Shown here: one piece after another, positions 6,810-11,400 of the stretch
Layout of the letters: each line of letters begins with the position of its first letter
Numbering within the stretch: the stretch's first letter is position 1
Source of the DNA: Bdellovibrionota bacterium
GTDB taxonomy: Bacteria; Bdellovibrionota_C; UBA2361
DNA: 11,400 nucleotides
NCBI GenBank assembly: GCA_044352465.1
Contig: JBILDU010000093.1
Coordinates: forward strand, 1-11,400
Reading direction: 5' to 3'
Translations under genes and position numbers: made by a program
Notes under the pieces: model-generated
Told to the model about the DNA's origin: nothing
The model's database searches: none
What the model saw: only the letters and a program-made list of their open reading frames with translations

Positions 6810-9596
6810 ATGATTTTTGAGCAACGTTGCGCGGCCGTTCGAGTCTGTCTGAGGCAACGCCGGGAGGCCGCCGGGCGTCTATTCGATAGTACGCTCGGAC
6901 GATCACGCGAGTTTCTCCGTAGCGTGCTCATCCCCCAAGCTTTCGGGTTCGTGCTTCTCCTTGTGGCTGGGGCTATTCTCTTGCAAGGAATCGACTCCCT
7001 CACGACGCGACTCGCCGCGCTCGCATTTCTTCTCATCATCGGTCTGCTTGTCTCCTCCTCACGCGAGTATGTGTCGCATCGATTTGTGGTTGGGTACGTG
7101 CTCGCTCTTTCGAGCGTTCTCACCGTCGCGGCCCTCCTCCTGAGGCTCGAGCTCACGACTCATGTGTTTCTACCCCTGGCCGGACTGCTCCTTCCCTTTC
7201 TGGGCTTGCGGTTGCCTCGCGTTGTGGGGGGCACGTTGGTTGGGGGAGGACTCACCCTCGGCGTGCTCTCTCTTCTTTGCGCCGTGGACGGGTGGGGGAG
7301 CCGGAGCGGCTCGCTCGGGGGGCTTAGTGTCCTCCTCCTCGTTGGCGGGCTTGTCTTAGTCCGGTGCGAGCGAGACCGTGCCAGTTCCTCCCGCCCGGTG
7401 CAAGTCGGCGCTGGGGAGGCACGTCAAAACCGATCCGGTGAGACCGCCGACGAGGCACCCGAAGCGGGGGAGGATCTACTACAGCGTGACCTCCAGGTTC
7501 TGTGGAATCGCACCGCCCGGGGGGAGTTTCTCGGCGAGGCGTTGTGGCGACTCACCGTCCTTAGTCTGGTGAGTGGTGCGTCTGTTGTTGGCCTCATTTT
7601 TCAGCTTGAGCCTGTCCAACGGCTTTTGGCAGCGAGCTGGATCGCTCTCGCGGTTATTTATGGGGGCGTGTTGATTCAGTTTGTCCGGGCGCGTGATTTC
7701 GAACGGGTTGTCACCGCTGCATTTCTCAACGCTCTTGTCGTCGTGGTTTGGTGGGTTGTTCTCGCCGCTGAGTCGCGCATCGAGGGCCCGCTCCCCGAAT
7801 TTCTCTTTGTCTTCGTCGCGCTGTCGCTCGGCTCGCTCCCGTGGCCGCGGCGTTTCGGGGTAGCTCTTGGTGGTCTGCTTCTGGGGGTGAGTAGCGTGCG
7901 GTTTCTCAGTGGCGCGGAGCCACTGCTCTGGGGGGGCGCGTTGATGGCTCTCATCCCGATCTATGTGCGACTTCTCTCCATGAGTGCAATCAACGCCCAG
8001 ACTCGGGTTGCGCTCCACTTTCTGCGCCGTTTCGGCGAGAGCGCCCCAACGTCGCTATCAGCTTGCCGAGCGCTGGCATGGCAGCTTGGCTGCGTCGTCG
8101 AAGCGGAGCGGGTACTGCTCCTTATCGGCGAGCGGCGGCATGAAGTCATCGAGCGCGGTAGCGCGAGGGGTTCAAAGGTCGATTCCGTCTTTGCCCGGGG
8201 ATTACATCACACCATCGTCTCGTTTAATCGCGATGACGGATCTCTCTTTTTCAGAGATCTCAGTCCCCAGTACCTCGCACCGTGTCTCGATTGGTTCGGA
8301 TTGGTGCCGACCGAGTTTTTTTTCCAGCGCTGTAGCGCTGTCATCGAAGGACGAGAGGAGACGCTTGTGGTGGTAATGCCATGCACGTTCACGGCTCGAG
8401 TGTGTGGTCGGGGACGGGTAATGCGGGCCCTTGGTGGATTGGCCGCGATTGTGCGCAGTTGGCTGGGAGCCGCGCGGGGGCGCTTGGTCTCCTCTGATGT
8501 GATTATGGCGACCCAGCAGTCGATCTCAGCACGGGAGGAGGACCTTAATCACCTTGTCCACCTCGTCAATAATACAGCCCAGGATATCGCCGCCGAATGC
8601 GATGATGTGCGCCAGCTCGCCGCGGCGGGAGAGGTGGAAGTTGAGCCAGCGATCGCGGCACGGCTCGATGGGATCGAGCGGCTTGCGCGGAGCCTCTCAG
8701 CGGGTGCTTCCGACGTGAAGTTACTGAAGGAGCTGCTCCGTGTCCGGGTGCTCACGTCGCGGGACACGGTGGATGTGGCGTCGCTCCTCGAGGATGTCGC
8801 GATGTTTGGCCGGTTTCGTGCTGGGCGAGCTGGTAAATCCTTCCGGGTGGAAGTGGGGGAGGCCACGGATTTACGCTTGACCGTCGCCAGTCGTGAGTTT
8901 CTGAGTATGGTGTTACGAATGCTGGTGCGGTTGGCGGAGGGGCGTTCACCGCGCGGCGGTGAGATCGTCTTAGAAGCTGGTGCGGAAGGGGAGATGATCC
9001 GTTTGGTGGTTCGCGATACGGGTGGGCCGATCGATGGGCCGCGGATTGAGTATCAGTTAGCCCATCTCGAGGAAGAGGAGAGTGGGGATCGGGCTCTTGA
9101 GGTGTATCGAGCCGCTACCAATCTGACTCGACTGAGCCGCGGCGGGGTGTCGTTTGGCGCGGGAGAGGATCTCTCTGCAGTCGCCTTGCACTTTCCCCGC
9201 GCTGCAGCCGTACCCATGCACGCCCGGGTGTACGGGTGGATATTACTTGTCGATGATAATGTGCAGGTTACCGGTTTTTACGCTCGGGTGGCCGAAGCCT
9301 TAGAGCATCGGTATCACACCGCGGCGTCGCTTGGGGAAGCTCAAGCGATCATCGCCCGTGAGGGGCGCCCCCGATTGGTTGTCAGCGATCTCCAGTTGGG
9401 GGACGGGAGTGGGCTCGATTTGGTGCGCGACTTGCGCCAGCGTTTCGGTGGAGATCTGCCCATCGTTGTGGTGAGCGGTAATACGGGTGCGGAGTTGGTC
9501 GACGAGGTGCGGGCAGCCGGTGTAACGTCATACCTCGCAAAACCGGTTGGACGGAGTAAGTTGTTAGCAGAGATGCGCTCTTTGTTACGTGGGTGA
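6810..9596 (+). CDS. Polytopic membrane hybrid histidine-kinase-like protein (about 12 TM, GAF-like, HisKA-like, degenerate HATPase, REC); probable pseudokinase
   Basis: Two clusters of ~6 hydrophobic helices; H-box-like HLVHLVNNTAQDI; HATPase-like GGEIVLEA..IRLVVRDTG; intact C-terminal REC (ILLVDDN, VVSDLQLGDGSG, VVVSG, YLAKPV). ATG 6810 chosen because GGAG lies 5 nt upstream; the ORF is open from GTG 6672. Confidence 0.85.
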   Translation: MIFEQRCAAVRVCLRQRREAAGRLFDSTLGRSREFLRSVLIPQAFGFVLLLVAGAILLQGIDSLTTRLAALAFLLIIGLLVSSSREYVSHRFVVGYVLALSSVLTVAALLLRLELTTHVFLPLAGLLLPFLGLRLPRVVGGTLVGGGLTLGVLSLLCAVDGWGSRSGSLGGLSVLLLVGGLVLVRCERDRASSSRPVQVGAGEARQNRSGETADEAPEAGEDLLQRDLQVLWNRTARGEFLGEALWRLTVLSLVSGASVVGLIFQLEPVQRLLAASWIALAVIYGGVLIQFVRARDFERVVTAAFLNALVVVVWWVVLAAESRIEGPLPEFLFVFVALSLGSLPWPRRFGVALGGLLLGVSSVRFLSGAEPLLWGGALMALIPIYVRLLSMSAINAQTRVALHFLRRFGESAPTSLSACRALAWQLGCVVEAERVLLLIGERRHEVIERGSARGSKVDSVFARGLHHTIVSFNRDDGSLFFRDLSPQYLAPCLDWFGLVPTEFFFQRCSAVIEGREETLVVVMPCTFTARVCGRGRVMRALGGLAAIVRSWLGAARGRLVSSDVIMATQQSISAREEDLNHLVHLVNNTAQDIAAECDDVRQLAAAGEVEVEPAIAARLDGIERLARSLSAGASDVKLLKELLRVRVLTSRDTVDVASLLEDVAMFGRFRAGRAGKSFRVEVGEATDLRLTVASREFLSMVLRMLVRLAEGRSPRGGEIVLEAGAEGEMIRLVVRDTGGPIDGPRIEYQLAHLEEEESGDRALEVYRAATNLTRLSRGGVSFGAGEDLSAVALHFPRAAAVPMHARVYGWILLVDDNVQVTGFYARVAEALEHRYHTAASLGEAQAIIAREGRPRLVVSDLQLGDGSGLDLVRDLRQRFGGDLPIVVVSGNTGAELVDEVRAAGVTSYLAKPVGRSKLLAEMRSLLRG

Positions 9597-9637
9597 GTGA
9601 GCTGTAACTTGTAGCGTCGTGGGAGGAAGGTGCGGTT

Positions 9638-10111
9638 ATGAGTGATCAAAGAGATGATTCTCCACGTCAGGGCCGTGTGGCCCCCGAGGTCATCCGGAGC
9701 TTAGTCGAGCGCAGCACAGACTGTTATCTCAAGCTTGTGCAGGAAGTCCTCATTGAGGAGCACGACATCCTCGTTGCTGAGGTCGCGCGGCGATTCCGCG
9801 GCGGCGGCTGGGCTGATTCGGGGGCTAGCGCTGCTCTCGTCGCACCTCATCAAGGTTGGGTTGAGATTGAGTCGTTGTCGCGATTACGGAGTATCGTGGG
9901 GGGACGGTTCCAAAATCTGCGTGACCGCTGGGTGGGCGCGGGGTTCCCTTTACGGGAACACCGCGGAGACAAAGATGGTGCATTTGTGCTGAACGAGGCT
10001 GGTTGGATCGAGCTTTCCAATTGGATCGCTAAGCAGGGATTCGAGTCCCGTCTTACCCCCGATAAATCGGGTTGCCTTTTTGAGCTGAGGGCGTTGAGTC
10101 GAGCCGGATAG
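9638..10111 (+). CDS. Hypothetical 157-aa soluble protein
   Basis: GGAGGAAGG SD-like sequence upstream of ATG; 41 bp after and co-directional with the hybrid kinase gene; globular-looking composition with several Trp residues. No family recognised with confidence. Confidence 0.75.
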   Translation: MSDQRDDSPRQGRVAPEVIRSLVERSTDCYLKLVQEVLIEEHDILVAEVARRFRGGGWADSGASAALVAPHQGWVEIESLSRLRSIVGGRFQNLRDRWVGAGFPLREHRGDKDGAFVLNEAGWIELSNWIAKQGFESRLTPDKSGCLFELRALSRAG

Positions 10112-10591
10112 CATCTGACATTCGGAGTCGTGCGAATTCTGAGCTTCCGTTTCTATCGATATGGCCCGGAAAGCGCCTCTCTCAGAGATTTTCTTAGAGG
10201 CTGTCCAATCTGGTCGAAAGACCTCCCGGCGAAGATTACTGGGAAGGACGCTCCGTCAACAGCCGTTTGATCGGGGTGAGCTAACTACGGGTTGTCGCGT
10301 TGAGGTTGATTTATTCAACGACGGTATCGCTTGCACCCAGCCGTTTCCGCGCCATTCGAGGAGTAATTTCTCATAGATGCGTCACGATGTGCCGACACTA
10401 CCCTCGTATCAGAGTATTTCGGATTGCTCGCTACAAGGGGGAGCCGCCTGCTGTTGATGCCAAGCCCCCGATTCGATTGGAGTAATCCGATCGGTTGAGC
10501 TCACGAAGGGGAGCGAACTGGGATTTGGCGTAGCCGCGGGTATCGTCGCGGATAGCCCGCGCAACAGACGGTACGGGGTGGGAGAACAGGC

Positions 10592-11400
10592 ATGTTGCTG
10601 GACGGTGGAGAAAAGGAACGGCGCGACGAATCGGCAGGTGAAAACCGGTCTGTCCCGGCGGCTATCACCGATACCGGCTGCGAGCGTGAGCTCAACGAGG
10701 ACCGGTACGCGGTTGTCGAGTCTCAATCCGGTCTCGCTTGGCTTGTCTGCGACGGCATGGGTGGTACGGCCGGCGGTGAGCTCGCCGCCCAACTTGCGAT
10801 CGAGGCGATTCGCCGCGACCTTGAAAATCTACCGGAGCGTCCCGCGGATGGGGCGTTAAAGTCCGCTATCCTCGAGGCCAATCGGGTCATCGTTTTGCGG
10901 CGGCAGAATCAAGCGTTCGCCGAGATGGGGACCACGATCGTTGCGCTTATGTTCAGCGGCGCTGAAGTGGTGGTGAGTCACGTGGGCGATTCGCGCGCGT
11001 ACCTCGTACGGGATGGCGCGATTCAGCAATTGACTACCGATCACACCCTCGTTCAGACCCTCGTGGATCGAGGGGAGATCCGCGCGGATGAGGCGCTCTC
11101 CCATCCGCAAGCGCATATTCTTACCCGGGCGATCGGCTCAGAGCCAGGGCTGCAAGTCGAGGTTCAACGCTACTGGGTGTGGCAGGTAGGGGAAGGTGAG
11201 CCGGTCGATCATCTGATCTTGTGTACGGACGGTCTGTATAGCCTCGTGACTGAGGGAGAGATCGCGAATCTCGTCTCGCAAGAGGGGCCGCAGCGAGCGT
11301 GTGTCAAGTTGGTTGAAATGGCGCGGTCCCGTGGTGGCTTCGATAATATCACGGTAGCGGTGATTCCACTCGCCGGACAGCTCCGCCAAGAGGCGCCGGA
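10592..11400 (+). CDS. PP2C/PPM-family Ser/Thr protein phosphatase (Stp1/PrpC-like), truncated by window end
   Basis: My translation from ATG 10592 (GGAG at 10581-10584): MLLDGGEK..TDTGCERELNED..LVCDGMGG..GGELAA..MGTT..HVGDSRAY..QLTTDHT..HPQAHILTRAIG..LILCTDGL..GGFDNITV. No stop before 11400, so it is absent from the ORF track. Confidence 0.95.
   Translation, partial: MLLDGGEKERRDESAGENRSVPAAITDTGCERELNEDRYAVVESQSGLAWLVCDGMGGTAGGELAAQLAIEAIRRDLENLPERPADGALKSAILEANRVIVLRRQNQAFAEMGTTIVALMFSGAEVVVSHVGDSRAYLVRDGAIQQLTTDHTLVQTLVDRGEIRADEALSHPQAHILTRAIGSEPGLQVEVQRYWVWQVGEGEPVDHLILCTDGLYSLVTEGEIANLVSQEGPQRACVKLVEMARSRGGFDNITVAVIPLAGQLRQEAP

Noticed and set aside
3128..9596. Interpretation of the degenerate regulators as pseudogenes
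   Set aside because: No frameshifts or internal stops, domain order is complete, and RBS and ATGA coupling are retained. Ortholog comparison is still needed to exclude recent decay.
10216..10248. Cobalamin riboswitch-like words (AGACCUCCC, CUGGGAAGG)
   Set aside because: The order is reversed relative to the B12 element, the other conserved parts are absent, and the downstream gene is not B12-related.
10161..10485. Short plus-strand ORFs of 71 aa and 61 aa in the intergenic gap
   Set aside because: No convincing RBS, Arg-rich non-globular composition, mutually overlapping; likely spurious, though a small protein is not excluded.
106..11389. Numerous alternative-frame and antisense ORFs in the track (e.g. 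430-777, 4025-4624, 5956-6321, 7479-8018, 10578-10859, 11138-11389)
   Set aside because: They overlap well-supported genes and show no motifs; expected shadow ORFs in GC-rich DNA.
1..11400. CRISPR array, tRNA/rRNA, transposase/integrase or defence system
   Set aside because: No regularly spaced repeats, cloverleaf, terminal inverted repeats or recognisable nuclease/recombinase motifs were seen.

Overview
GC-rich bacterial chromosomal window with no mobile elements, CRISPR arrays, rRNA or tRNA that I can see. The left end is housekeeping: a PduO-type corrinoid adenosyltransferase (-), divergent from an nfeD-qmcA (SPFH/paraslipin) pair (+). The centre and right hold a divergently arranged signalling cluster in which most enzymatic motifs are degenerate. 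On the minus strand are two ATGA-coupled NtrC/Fis-like sigma54-enhancer-type proteins, each with an atypical receiver and an altered AAA+ domain, followed by two small coupled hypothetical genes. On the plus strand are a canonical receiver fused to a CxxC-x24-CxxC module, a ~12-TM GAF-HisKA-HATPase-REC hybrid whose ATP-binding boxes are lost (probable pseudokinase), a 157-aa hypothetical, a ~480-nt hairpin-rich intergenic region, and a PP2C Ser/Thr phosphatase that runs off the window and is missing from the ORF track. The best candidate for an undescribed system is this pseudo-enzyme-rich regulatory module. All assignments come from motif reading by eye; no searches were run.
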